64,000 nt of DNA, taken from Pecten maximus. Its lineage: Eukaryota. Both the position numbers and the translations under genes were made by a program. The stretch is taken from positions 39,804,001-39,868,000 of the forward strand of contig NC_047016.1 of NCBI RefSeq assembly GCF_902652985.1, given 5' to 3'. The notes under the pieces were generated by a model, which ran no database searches, was not told the origin of the DNA, and saw only the letters and a list, made by a program, of their open reading frames with translations. This document shows positions 48,001-56,934 of the stretch, in pieces. Position 1 is the stretch's first letter. Each line of letters opens with the position of its first letter.

Positions 48001-50053
48001 CTACCCAAATATCCCACCAGTTACTCGCCCGTTTGCTACCTCCTAGTATAACAGTGTTTTTCTCTCAAGTATCATTTAATCAGCAACATTTTTAAAAATA
48101 TTTTCAATAAACAGACACTGTTGCTACTGGCAAATCAAAATGGATGGAACAGCTCTTATTTGATGAAGAAGAATGAGTAAAATATACAACATTCCCGTAA
48201 AGTAAACAAAAAATACTAAACTTCAATGGCTTCAATTTCGTATTCTCATCATATTCTTACCACCACTTCTACTTTGTTTAAATATGCCTAGTAACTAAGC
48301 CGCTATGTGCAACTTTCTGTAACTCTGAAAGAGAACAATAATTCCCTTGATGTGGGAATGCCATGGAAGTTGCAAATCTATTACGTAGAGTGGAACATAC
48401 GGCAGTACTTGTCGTTGTTGGTACATCTGTAGTAGTGGTTACACCGGCAGTACTGGTCGTTGTTGGTACATCTGTAGTAGTGGTAACACCGGCAGTACTG
48501 GTCGTTGTTGGTACATCTGTAGTAGTGGTTACACCGGCAGTACTGGTCGTTGTTGGTACATCTGTAGTAGTGGTAACACCGGCAGTACTGGTCGTTGTTG
48601 GTACATCTGTAGTAGTGGTAACACCGGCAGTACTGGTCGTTGTTGGTACATCTGTAGTAGTGGTAACACCGGCAGTACTGGTCGTTGTTGGTACATCTGT
48701 AGTAGTGGTAACACCGGCAGTACTGGTCGTTGTTGGTACATCTGTAGTAGTGGTAACACCGGCAGTACTGGTCGTTGTTGGTACATCTGTAGTAGTGGTA
48801 ACACCGGCAGTACTGGTCGTTGTTGGTACATCTGTAGTAGTGGTACACCGGCAGTACTGGTCGTTGTTGGTACATCTGTAGTAGTGGTAACACCGGCAGT
48901 ACTGGTCGTTGTTGGTACATCTGTAGTAGTGGTAACACCGGCAGTACTGGTCGTTGTTGGTACATCTGTAGTAGTGGTTACACCGGCAGTACTGGTCGTG
49001 TTGGTACATCTGTAGTAGTGGTAACACCGGCAGTACTGGTCGTTGTTGGTACATCTGTAGTAGTGGTTACACCGGCAGTACTGGTCGTTGTTGGTACATC
49101 TGTAGTAGTGGTTACACCGGCAGTACTGGTCGTTGTTGGTACATCTGTAGTAGTTGTAACACCGGCAGTACTGGTCGTTGTTGGTACATCTGTAGTAGTG
49201 GTAACACCGGCAGTACTGGTCGTTGTTGGTACATCTGTAGTAGTGGTAACACCGGCAGTACTGGTCGTTGTTGGTACATCTGTAGTAGTGGTTACACCGG
49301 CAGTACTGGTCGTTGTTGGTACATCTGTAGTAGTGGTAACACCGGCAGTACTGGTCGTTGTTGGTACATCTGTAGTAGTGGTACACCGGCAGTACTGGTC
49401 GTTGTTGGTACATCTGTAGTAGTGGTAACACCGGCAGTACTGGTCGTTGTTGGTACATCTGTAGTAGTGGTTACACCGACAGTGCTGGTCGTTGTTGGTA
49501 CATCTGTAGTAGTGGTTACACCGGCAGTACTGGTCGTTGTTGGTACATCTGTAGTAGTGGTTACACCGGTAGTACTAGTCGTTGTTGGTACATTTGTAGT
49601 AGTGGTAACACCGGCAGTGCTGGTCGTTGTTGGTACATCTGTAGTAGTGGTTACACCGGCAGTACTGGTCGTTGTTGGTACATCTGTAGTAGTGGTAACA
49701 CCGGCAGTGCTGGTCGTTGTTGGTACATCTGTAGTAGTGGTTACACCGGCAGTACTGGTCGTTGTTGGTACATCTGTAGTAGTGGTAACACCGGCAGTGC
49801 TGGTCGTTGTTGGTACATCTGTAGTAGTGGTTACACCGGCAGTACTGGTCGTTGTTGGTACATCTGTAGTAGTGGTTACACCGGCAGTACTGGTCGTTGT
49901 TGGTACATCTGTCGTAGATGTTGTATTAGTCGTTTCCGTACTTGTAGGTATAGATGTGGTGGGAAAGGTTGTTGATGTTGTGGACTGATTGGTTATTTGT
50001 ATCAGGCTGGCCGCAATTATCCATATTGTTATCCCCCTAACGGGCTTTTCCAT
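1..50053 (-). CDS. Giant MUC4-like mucin gene: SP-PTS-NIDO-AMOP-VWD-EGF(n)-SEA; about 38 coding exons; 3' end lies outside the window
   Basis: Exons from 40135 down to 1 join with canonical GT-AG sites and matching phases into about 13.65 kb of CDS (about 4,550 aa), plus a first Thr-rich exon of unresolved length. Diagnostic motifs: [13 protein letters not shown] and FQAVITTNG (NIDO), CPC...WRY/ECCY (AMOP), [10 protein letters not shown] and GLLGNFN (VWD), D-I/V-N/D-E-C (cbEGF), GSLVV (SEA). Confidence 0.93.
258..820. mobile_element. Non-autonomous element with long internal palindrome
   Basis: About 52-bp inverted arms at 278-329 and 426-477, a partial third copy near 345-395, and a small hairpin near 786-820. 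Confidence 0.55.
1205..1377 (-). CDS. SEA exon 3 with GSLVV motif
   Basis: (R)[12 protein letters not shown]...TSVY; phase 2-1. Confidence 0.88.
2235..2695. mobile_element. MITE, Kolobok-like
   Basis: 17-bp TIR agaggcttacccgcaga / tctgcgggcaagcctct (one mismatch), flanked by ttaa and ctaa. Confidence 0.75.
2765..2826 (-). CDS. SEA exon 2
   Basis: [20 protein letters not shown](R); phase 0-2. Confidence 0.85.
3206..3327 (-). CDS. SEA exon 1
   Basis: [13 protein letters not shown]...[20 protein letters not shown]; phase 1-0; L-x-N-x-S-S-x-x-Y SEA pattern. Confidence 0.85.
3744..3869 (-). CDS. cbEGF exon
   Basis: [12 protein letters not shown]...GDGIVSCT; phase 1-1. Confidence 0.92.
4405..4527 (-). 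CDS. cbEGF exon
   Basis: [18 protein letters not shown]...[10 protein letters not shown]; phase 1-1. Confidence 0.92.
5062..5319 (-). CDS. Laminin/MEGF-type EGF plus cbEGF exon
   Basis: [17 protein letters not shown]...NVNEC; phase 1-1. Confidence 0.92.
5551..5657 (-). ncRNA. Two tandem degenerate minimal type-I hammerhead-ribozyme-like motifs
   Basis: Minus strand: GCAUAA-CUGAAGA-GUCUU..GGGC-AGAA-CAGCUG-UA-UGGUGC (5657-5604) and GUAUCA-CUGACGA-GUCC..GGGC-GGAA-UAGCUG-UA-UGGUGC (5598-5551). Stems I and II can pair; the GAAA box is mutated. Confidence 0.7.
5900..6160 (-). CDS. Laminin/MEGF-type EGF plus cbEGF exon (cassette 3e)
   Basis: [17 protein letters not shown]...NIDEC; phase 1-1. Confidence 0.92.
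6455..6571 (-). CDS. cbEGF exon (cassette 3d)
   Basis: [13 protein letters not shown]; phase 1-1. Confidence 0.92.
6910..7029 (-). CDS. EGF exon without Ca-binding consensus (cassette 3c)
   Basis: [13 protein letters not shown]...CSCEPGFSL; phase 1-1. Confidence 0.88.
7475..7600 (-). CDS. cbEGF exon (cassette 3b)
   Basis: [27 protein letters not shown]; phase 1-1. Confidence 0.92.
7979..8089 (-). CDS. cbEGF exon (cassette 3a)
   Basis: [26 protein letters not shown]; phase 1-1. Confidence 0.9.
8730..8984 (-). CDS. Laminin/MEGF-type EGF plus cbEGF exon (cassette 2e)
   Basis: [16 protein letters not shown]...DVNEC; phase 1-1. Confidence 0.92.
9122..9244 (-). CDS. cbEGF exon (cassette 2d)
   Basis: [16 protein letters not shown]; phase 1-1. 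Confidence 0.92.
9912..10037 (-). CDS. EGF exon without Ca-binding consensus (cassette 2c)
   Basis: [17 protein letters not shown]...CFCPKGYQL; phase 1-1. Confidence 0.9.
10435..10560 (-). CDS. cbEGF exon (cassette 2b)
   Basis: [16 protein letters not shown]; phase 1-1. Confidence 0.92.
10920..11395 (-). repeat. 64-bp tandem repeat made of the exon 3' end plus its splice donor (about 7 units)
   Basis: Donor junctions at 11342, 11278, 11215, 11151, 11087, 11023 and 10959. Confidence 0.92.
11343..11468 (-). CDS. cbEGF exon (cassette 2a)
   Basis: [12 protein letters not shown]...[16 protein letters not shown]; phase 1-1. Confidence 0.92.
12145..12396 (-). CDS. Laminin/MEGF-type EGF plus cbEGF exon (cassette 1e)
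   Basis: [16 protein letters not shown]...GWTGTEC...DINEC; phase 1-1. Confidence 0.92.
12787..12903 (-). CDS. cbEGF exon (cassette 1d)
   Basis: [25 protein letters not shown]; phase 1-1. Confidence 0.92.
14041..14163 (-). CDS. EGF exon without Ca-binding consensus (cassette 1c)
   Basis: [14 protein letters not shown]...CQCPGGYEL; phase 1-1. Confidence 0.9.
14291..14419 (-). mobile_element. tRNA-derived SINE (head plus conserved central motif)
   Basis: A-box tggcacagtag, B-box ggttcgattc, then gtagggtttctccggtttcc. Related pieces at 23868-23939, 24600-24710, 52300-52370 and 63450-63612. Confidence 0.7.
14753..14826 (-). pseudogene. tRNA-like sequence (Thr-AGT-like pseudogene or SINE head)
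   Basis: tagctcgatcagttgagcg...ctagtaa gccagaggtcccgggttcgatccc; T-arm intact, anticodon and acceptor stems broken. Confidence 0.55.
15010..15135 (-). CDS. cbEGF exon (cassette 1b)
   Basis: [27 protein letters not shown]; phase 1-1. Confidence 0.92.
15669..15788 (-). CDS. cbEGF exon (cassette 1a)
   Basis: [28 protein letters not shown]; phase 1-1. Confidence 0.92.
15945..16174. mobile_element. MITE (PIF/Harbinger-like TIRs)
   Basis: About 33-bp imperfect TIR gcccagttgttcaaaaggtgattagcttaatca / tgattagcctaatccccttttgaactactgggc. Confidence 0.75.
16378..18130. repeat. 47-bp minisatellite, about 37 copies, abutting a splice donor
   Basis: Unit ccaaaacctgaatgatcaaccagatctgtatgaagtaactaccacat. 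Confidence 0.97.
18134..18295 (-). CDS. EGF-like exon
   Basis: [16 protein letters not shown]...[16 protein letters not shown]; phase 1-1; weak AAG acceptor. Confidence 0.85.
19052..19218 (-). CDS. Ig-like end plus EGF-like exon
   Basis: LTAVD...[10 protein letters not shown]...CECNIGYE; phase 2-1. Confidence 0.9.
19915..20007 (-). CDS. Cadherin/Ig-like exon 2
   Basis: [23 protein letters not shown]; phase 2-2. Confidence 0.85.
20387..20501 (-). CDS. Cadherin/Ig-like exon 1
   Basis: NKPPVVNG...FTVTVTDSD; phase 1-2. Confidence 0.85.
20660..20905 (-). CDS. Post-VWD Cys-containing exon
   Basis: [12 protein letters not shown]...FVPVF...[15 protein letters not shown]; phase 1-1. Confidence 0.9.
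21226..21420 (-). CDS. VWD exon 3
   Basis: [19 protein letters not shown]...IFDYGQT(W); phase 1-1. Confidence 0.93.
21857..21991 (-). CDS. VWD exon 2
   Basis: [11 protein letters not shown]...LGLINS; phase 1-1. Confidence 0.88.
21997..22266 (+). mobile_element. 5'-truncated SINE with (AAACC)n tail
   Basis: gtcagtataatgtgaccgggtgggg core and 3' end taaatgaccttagctgttaataggacgctaaac + aaacc repeats; the same 3' end occurs inverted near 24283-24320. Resembles bivalve Meta-type SINEs (from recollection, not searched). Confidence 0.65.
22362..22492 (-). ncRNA. Three tandem degenerate hammerhead-ribozyme-like motifs
   Basis: Minus strand: GACAUCA-CUGACGA-GUCC..UGAC-AAGA-CAGCU; AAUAUUA-CUGACGA-GUCG..GGAC-CAA-CACCCUG-UA-UGAUGUC; ACAUCC-CUGGCGA-GUCC-UGGAA-GGAC-CAAA-CUCUG-UA-UGAU. 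Confidence 0.62.
23191..23436 (-). CDS. VWD exon 1 with GDPH motif
   Basis: [28 protein letters not shown]...LQART...ATVFTAFA; phase 1-1. Confidence 0.95.
23992..24193 (-). CDS. AMOP exon 2
   Basis: [11 protein letters not shown]...[23 protein letters not shown]; phase 0-1; not in the ORF track. Confidence 0.88.
24813..25087 (-). CDS. AMOP exon 1
   Basis: ECLAWY...[14 protein letters not shown]...YCV; phase 1-0. Confidence 0.85.
25496..25694 (-). CDS. NIDO exon 2
   Basis: [21 protein letters not shown]; phase 0-1. Confidence 0.92.
25727..26140. mobile_element. Non-autonomous element with about 160-bp palindrome
   Basis: atatctaacagtgtcttcagtaataccaaatat (from about 25977) mirrored by atatttggtattactgaagacactgttagatat (to about 26132); smaller hairpin at 25727-25785. 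Confidence 0.6.
26426..26752 (-). CDS. NIDO exon 1
   Basis: VGANGFISL...FAPFWMDI...[12 protein letters not shown]; phase 0-0. Confidence 0.92.
27719..27849 (-). CDS. Pre-NIDO exon ([18 protein letters not shown]...YNSLS)
   Basis: ttccAG|cc ... tca|GTatgt; phase 1-0; F-x-F-G-xxx-G-D motif typical upstream of NIDO. Confidence 0.85.
27964..28250. repeat. 30-31-bp minisatellite, about 10 copies, decaying to about 28440
   Basis: gtgactgagacagtataatatcgtccctgt. Confidence 0.95.
29340..29455. repeat. 38-bp tandem repeat, 3 copies
   Basis: cttccctacttcattacgacctaaggtaagtgtgttgt. Confidence 0.85.
30063..31250. repeat. 33-bp intronic minisatellite, about 36 copies
   Basis: gccgtagtactaccatactgccacagtactgct. 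Confidence 0.97.
31672..39609 (-). CDS. PTS domain 2: single 7,938-nt exon of 7/14-aa Thr-Ser-Gly-Pro repeats
   Basis: Acceptor cttacAG|ag at 39610; donor acag|GTtggt at 31671; phase 1-1; open for 2,646 codons ([34 protein letters not shown]). Confidence 0.93.
39944..40022. repeat. (GAA)n microsatellite, intronic
   Basis: Run of gaa units with a few gga/gag interruptions. Confidence 0.95.
40106..40135 (-). CDS. 30-nt micro-exon ([10 protein letters not shown])
   Basis: tttAG|gtaccaccacaccaggaaccactttttcag|GTatgt; phase 1-1; Thr-rich; in frame with the next exon. Confidence 0.8.
40471..40970. other. Assembly gap (500 N) inside the 45-bp array
   Basis: Run of N. Confidence 1.
46911..48385. 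other. Indel-riddled second copy of the exon start plus LINE fragment (copy of about 49800-51258); probable assembly artefact
   Basis: Aligns by eye with about 49800-51258 (47170 acgggctttttccataggtcg vs 50040 acgggcttttccataggtcg). Differences are mostly 1-nt indels. Confidence 0.8.
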
Positions 50054-50069
50054 AGGTCGATGTACTTCT
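48395..50069 (-). CDS. Start of first coding exon: short 5'UTR, ATG (50053), probable signal peptide, then 15-aa Thr repeats
   Basis: Acceptor tttctgtttcAG|agaag at 50070/50069. [23 protein letters not shown] has a basic N-terminus and hydrophobic core, and runs straight into [15 protein letters not shown] repeats. Confidence 0.8.
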
Positions 50070-50102
50070 CTGAAACAGAAAAAAAATATTATTCAATTAA
50101 AA

Positions 50103-51905
50103 TCGATGTGAACCTAGAAATATCCCTAAACTGAATTTTGATAAGAAAATAGTCAAATTAAAATGTTTAATAAAAACATGGAAAAAAAGAAAACTAACTC
50201 CTATTGGCAAGATCCACATCATCAAGTCATTTATGATATCCCAATTTAACCACTTATTTACATCTCTTCCTAACCCAAGTGAAAAGGTGATAAAGGAAAT
50301 AAATTCATTATTATTCGAATTCTTATGGGATAGTAAAACTGACAAAGTTAAAAGAAGCATTGTTGTTCAAGATCATTGTAAAGGAGGTTTGAAAATGATA
50401 AATCTAGATGCATTTATAAACTATCTTAAATTGGGTTGGGTCAGAAGACTGTATAACACTGAAGGGAAATGGAAATATATCTTAAAAGAGAATTTTGATG
50501 TGGATCTTCTATTAAATATTGGTGGGGAATATATATCTCACTGTAGTATATTATGTACTAATAATTTTTGGAGTGACGTTTTCCATGCCTGGTATAAATT
50601 GATTAACTCTAAGGAAATTAAAGAACCCCAACAAAATTCATTTTTGACTAAGTGAATTTGGGATAATAAGGACATAACGGTTGCTGGTAAACCTGTGTTC
50701 TATAAATCATGGTATAAATCAGGAATACATACAATTGAAGACCTTCTAAAGAGTTCAGAGGACATAACTTTCTATTCATTTGAAGAACTTTCACATAGAT
50801 ATCAATTACATACAAATTTTCTTCAGTTCCAAGGATTAATATCTGCAGTTCGGAAATGTCTGCCAGATCCTCTACCCCAAAATATCCCACCAGTTACTCG
50901 CCCGTTGCTACCTCCTAGTATACAGTGTTTTCTCTCAAGTATCAGTGAATCAGCACATTTTTTAAAAATATTTTCAATAAAACAGACACTGTTGCTACTG
51001 GCAAATCAAAATGGAATGAACAGCTCTTATTTGATGAAGAAGAATGGAGTAAAATATACAACATTCCACGTAAAGTAACAAAAAAATACTAAACTTCAAT
51101 GGCTTCAATTTCGTATATCTCATCATATTCTTACCACCAATTCTAATTTGTTTAAATATGGCATAGTAAATAGCCCTATGTGCACTTTCTGTAACTCTGA
51201 AAGAGAAACAATAATTCACTTGATGTGGGAATGCCAGGAAGTGCAAAATCTATTACAAAATTTTGAATCAATGGTAGATGCACTCTATATTCCTTTTGCA
51301 ATAAATAAACAGTCTTTTCTTTTTGGACTCACAAGCAATAGTATTAATGCAACAGTTGATAATATAGTAATTCTTATCATCAAACAATACATTTATAGAA
51401 CGAGGTGTCTTAATAAATCCTTAAATGTCAACGTATTGGCAAACAATTACTACAATACGCAGAAATTCATATCAAACGGTCAGAACGATTTCTTCAAAGC
51501 AAAATTCATGAATACTTGGTGTAAATGGAAAAACTTTATTCGTCTTGATATTTAATAGCCAAAACTTATTCCTGACAGTTTACAAACACTATTATATTCA
51601 TTTTGTAACTAAAGCTATGCCATTATCAATATTACTCCCCACATCTCTACCCTAAAGGAAACTCTTTTGATTTCTATCTCTCTACAGAAATAAATAATTG
51701 TATTCAAATTAACCGTATATGTAGGAATATATATTTATATATATATATATGTACTCTATGAGTGAATGAGAATGCAATTGTAAAAATATGAACATTAATG
51801 CAATACTGTCTCTGTGTGTTATATGTATGTGATTATACATGTATATGTATTATACACCATGAATTCAAAATAAAAAATAAATTATAAAAAAAAAATATAA
51901 TAATA
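50103..51905 (+). mobile_element. 5'-truncated L1/Tx1-like LINE (ORF2 C-terminal part, 3'UTR, A-rich tail), decayed
   Basis: [17 protein letters not shown]...FLWDSK...KGGLKMINL...LKLGWVRRL and Cys/His motif CTFC...ETIIHLMWEC; in-frame stop at 50655 plus a frameshift; candidate TSD tcaattaaaat at 50093 and 51907. Confidence 0.88.
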
Positions 51906-52568
51906 ATCAATTAAAATTAATTTGAAACAAAATTTTAATTTGATATTGTTACGCAATGTTTTGGTTCTAAAAGAAGTGTGTATTAATCCCAATACCTATA
52001 TACAGTGTACATTTTAATTATTACCTATTTAGAGTGATAACGAAATTAGGATTATAGTATTTTATCTTGATATTGATTTAGTTTCACATCATGTTAAATA
52101 GTAGTTATTCGGTTCGACATGATCTTCAATGTATAAAATTTTGAAAACATTTTCAAATTTGCGTAAAAACCCAACTTACCACATTAAATATATATCGATA
52201 CTGACAATACTTTGAAAAATCGATAGAAAGGGTTCTTATAGAAGGTCAGACATTATGTAACTTGTCCAGGATAATACCACTTCCCTGGTTGCACGTGTAA
52301 ACCTACGCGATCACGTGGGTTCTCCGGATTCCTCCCGCCGTTAGACTGCTCGCGCGCCTCAATGCGGACAATTAAGTTGTTTTAAGTCCGAGTTTTGAGA
52401 GTTATCTCCCTTACAACACAACACGTTAGCCACAACGTTTGACAGTCTGCTCAGCTAATCCTTCTCACATACATTTCATAGACTAAGTAAGCGTTCGATT
52501 AATAATTATTCTTTCAGATTGATTGATGTTATGTCAAACAATTAATTCGTGTAACATCGATTGAGAAA

Positions 52569-53911
52569 CAGCCTTGTGTTGCTATGGTACACGGAACTGG
52601 GCGTAACATTACACAGACTTGTGTTGCTATGGCACACGGAACTTGGCGTAACATTACACAGCCTTATGTTGCTATGGCACACGGAACTGGGCGTGACGTT
52701 ACACAGCCTCATGTTGATATGACACACGGAACTGGGCGTGGCATTACACAGCCTTGTGTTGATATGGTACACGGAACTGGACAAGACATTACACAGCCTT
52801 GTGTTGCTATGGTACACGGAACTGGGCGTAACATTACACACCCTTATGTTGCTATGACACACGGAACTGGGCGTGACATTACACAGCCTTGTGTTGCTAT
52901 GGCAAACGGAACTGGGCGTAACATTACACAGACTTGTGTTGCTATGGCACACGGAACTTGGCGTAACATTACACAGCCTTATGTCGCTATGGCACACGGA
53001 ACTGGGCGTGACGTTACACAGCCTCATGTTGATATGACACACGGAACTGGGCGTGGCATTACACAGCCTTGTGTTGATATGGTACACGGAACTGGACAAG
53101 ACATTACACAGCCTTGTGTTGCTATGGTACACGGAACTGGGCGTAACATTACACACCCTTATGTTGCTATGACACACGGAACTGGGCGTGACATTACACA
53201 GCCTTGTATTGCTATGGCACACGGAACTGGGCGTAACATTACACACCCTTATGTTGCTATGACACACGGAACTGGGCGTGACATTACACAGCCTTGTGTT
53301 GCTATGGCAAACGGAACTGGGCGTAACATTACACACCCTTATGTTGCTATGACACACGGAACTGGGCGTGACATTACACAGCCTTGTATTGCTATGGTAC
53401 ACGGAACTGGACAAGACATTACACACCATTGTGGTGCTATGACACACGGAACTGGGCGTAACATTACACAACCTTGTGTTGCTATGACACACGGAACTGG
53501 GCGTGGCATTACACAGCCTTGTGTTGCTATGACACATGGACCTGGGCGTAACATTACACAGTCTTGTGTTGCTATGACACATGGACCTGGGCGTGGCATT
53601 ACAGAGCCTTGTGTTGCTATGACACATGGACCTGGGCGTAACATTACACAGCCTCATGTTGCTATGACACACGGAACTGGGCGTAACATTACACAACCTT
53701 ATGTTGCTATGACACACGGAACTGGGCGTAACATTACACAACCTTGTGTTGTTATGACACACGGAACTTGGCGTGGCATTACACGGCATCATGTTGCTAT
53801 GACACACGGAACTGGGCGTGACATTACACAGCCTTGTGTTGCTATGTCACATGGAACTGGGCGTAACATTACACACCCTTGTGTTGCTATGACACATGGA
53901 ACTGGGCGTGA
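52569..53911. repeat. 45-bp minisatellite, about 30 copies
   Basis: cagccttgtgttgctatggcacacggaactgggcgtaacattaca. Confidence 0.97.
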
Positions 53912-54069
53912 TAAATACGGCATGAACAATTTTTGACGTGTTTGAATGTAATTAGTTAAACTTTTACTTCAGTAACGTCTTTTTACCTATTTTAACGTGC
54001 TTTCGTAGTAAAGCATTCTTCAGTATAATTGCTCGTTCTTTGCTTGTAGTTAAGTGTTCATGTTGTCGA

Positions 54070-55156
54070 ACTTTATCATAGATAAACGTTCATCCTGTCA
54101 TACTTTATCATAGATAAATGTTCGTCCTGTCATACTTTATCATAGATTAACGTTCATCCTGTCATACTTTATCATAGATCAACGTTCATCCTGTCATACT
54201 TTATTATAGATCAACGTTCATCCTGTCATACTTTATCATAGATCAACGTTCATCCTGTCATACTTTGTCATAGATCAACGTTCATCCTGTCATACTTTAT
54301 CATAGATCAACGTTCATCCTGTCATACTTTGTCATAGATCAACGTTCATCCTGTCATACTTTATTATAGATCAACGTTCATCCTGTCATACTTTATCATA
54401 GATCAACGTTCATCCTGTCATACTTTATCATAGATCAACGTTCATCCTGTCATACTTTATCATAGATCAACGTTCATCCTGTCTTACTTTATCATAGATC
54501 AACGTTCATCCTGTCGTACTTTATCATAGATCAACGTTCATCCTGTCATACTTTGTCATAGATCAACGTTCATCCTGTCGTACTTTATCATAGATCAACG
54601 TTCATCCTGTCATACTTTATCATAGATCAACGTTCGTCCTGTCGTACTTTATCATAGATCAACGTTCATCCTGTCGTACTTTATCATAGATCAACGTTCA
54701 TCCTGTCGTACTTTATCATAGATCAACGTTCGCCCTGTCGTACTTTATCATAGATCAACGTTCATCCTGTCGTACTTTATCATAGATCAACGTTCATCCT
54801 GTCATACTTTATCATAGATCAACGTTCATTCTGTCGTACTTTATCATAGATCAACGTTCGTCCTGTCGTACTTTATCATAGATCAACGTTCATCCTGTCA
54901 TACTTTATCATAGATCAACGTTCGTCCTGTTGTACTGTATCATAGATCAACGTTCGTCCTGTCGTACTTTATCATAGATCAACGTTCATCCTGTCATACT
55001 TTATCATAGATCAACGTTCGTCCTGTTGTACTGTATCATAGATCAACGTTCATCATGTCGTACTTTATCATAGATCAACGTTCATCCTGTCATACTTTAT
55101 CATAGATCAATGTTCATCCTGTCATACTTTATCATAGATCAACGTTCGTCCTGTCG
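54070..55156. repeat. 32-bp minisatellite, about 34 copies
   Basis: tttatcatagatcaacgttcatcctgtcatac. Confidence 0.97.
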
Positions 55157-56934
55157 TGCCACGATATAAGGATTCGAACACGGCCTGAAAATATTGAAAG
55201 CAGGTTAATTAATCGGTCATTTAACTCATTGAGTGTATGATAAATGTTGTATAGGCTATCATATCCTTGTGGGTGAGGTTGTTTGTTTGTTGGGTTTATC
55301 TCCACGTGAACAACAAGCGTTTTTTTGAGGCAAGGGTATCCTTGTAGTAGTTGGTGACTACCTTTACTGAACAATATACGGGAGGCCCGTTAAATGTCAC
55401 CAAGAACAATTTTGTTAAATTTGTTTGCCCAATGAAACAACTACGAAAGCACAGACGGCCCGTTTTTCAGCTTCCCGAGGAACACAAACTATCATATTGT
55501 GGCCGGCGCTTTAATTAATTAACCAACTGAGCTATCGCGTATAAATCATTTACTGCGAACGTTACAAAAGCATTTAATTCAACCATGGCTGCCATCGAAA
55601 ATCGTTTGAAAAACGCGAATACTTATGACCAATATCGCTTATTCGCCGTGTGGGTTCGGCCTATACGCTGCATGAAGTTCCGGTTGGCATTGACGAGAAC
55701 ATTTTGTTTACACAGGATGTTTACGTGTAAATATAATTCCTTAAACTTATTCGGACACAGGGTACTGTCATATAAGTCGTCTGGGATTTTGTACATAAAA
55801 AATACAGGGGTATAATTACATGTGTTAATCATACGTGCAACAATTATTTCTATTGGTTTAAACTCATCGGGTATTGTCATCGAAATACGAGCATATATAC
55901 ACGAAGGGGGACATTTTAACCTAGCTTTAATCTAGCCCACCCCCCCCCCCCCCCCCCCCCAAAAAAAACCCAACAATAACAAAAATACGTCTCAAAGCGG
56001 AAATTCCAAATAAATATAGATTGTTACAAATTCTCAGGTCCCTGTGAATGTATTTATGGTCGAACCAAGGTAATATATTCAATTTCAAACAACATCCTTT
56101 GTTAAAATCGCCAAGCTTGCTCCAGTTCCGAATATACTATCAACGCTTCTATTGAAGTCAATGGACAAAAACTCATGCATATTTTTGTATTGAAACGGTT
56201 ATATATTCACAAACTATGATGATGGCTATGCTTGATCTTGAAGCATATCCATCATTTTAATTAAAATTCTATTTAAAATGAATAACTGTTTTGTGTGGTT
56301 AAGAAAAAAAAATGTGCAAGCCATTTTTTTATGATTGATGACAATGACACGGCTACCTGTAGAAAAGTACGTTGTAAATGGTTATCTTATCCATCATTTG
56401 CATACACCAAATTAAATTGATACCCCTTCCCATAAATATATATAGAATACATATATATGTGCTTTTCAGGTGGAACCATTTACCTATAGGGTACAATAAG
56501 AAACTTTAGTGAAGAATGCCTTAACATTTGTGGTCGGCAATAGGGAGGGAGTGTGTGTTTGTATGTATGTATGTGTAGGGGTGGGGGGTGGGGGGGGGGG
56601 GGGGGGGGAGGGGAGGAATTGGGGGTCTTGAATTGTATAAATGGTCCTATTGCAACATATTTCAACCGGAATCTCTCTCTCCAATTTCTAAAAACTAACG
56701 TTTAAAAGTATTGTGCTAGGTATGTATATGTTTTCGCTTTTTTTTCACGAAAGCACCAATACCTAAAACAAACTAAAACGGACCGTGGGGTAGGGTATTT
56801 GTAACAAGTACCCGTGTAGTTCCAAATATACTTTAGGGTTTCTTATCCTTGTAACTGCATCGATTTCTTATCGCTTTTTGACAACGGTGATAGAGATGCT
56901 ACAAGTTTCCACTATTAAGGCCTTCTTAGTAACT

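Larger units (their letters stand above)
40337..49915 (-). repeat. 45-bp coding VNTR ([15 protein letters not shown]), PTS domain 1; interrupted by a gap and a duplicated block
   Basis: Near-identical units gatgtaccaacaacgaccagtactgccggtgttaccactactaca in blocks 40337-40470, 40971-46910 and 48395-49915; occasional 44- and 46-bp units shift the frame. Confidence 0.92.

Noticed and set aside
48380-48405. Possible sequencing adapter at the duplication junction
   Set aside because: gtagagtggaacatacggcagtact is a degraded copy of the 45-bp unit.
40266-49988. ORFs of [15 protein letters not shown] and [15 protein letters not shown] repeats
   Set aside because: Alternative frames of the 45-bp unit, joined by probable consensus indels.
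52542-53936. 421-aa Cys/His-rich and 450-aa ORFs
   Set aside because: They coincide exactly with a stop-free 45-bp minisatellite, are open on both strands, have no unique flanks or signal peptide, and variation does not look codon-constrained.
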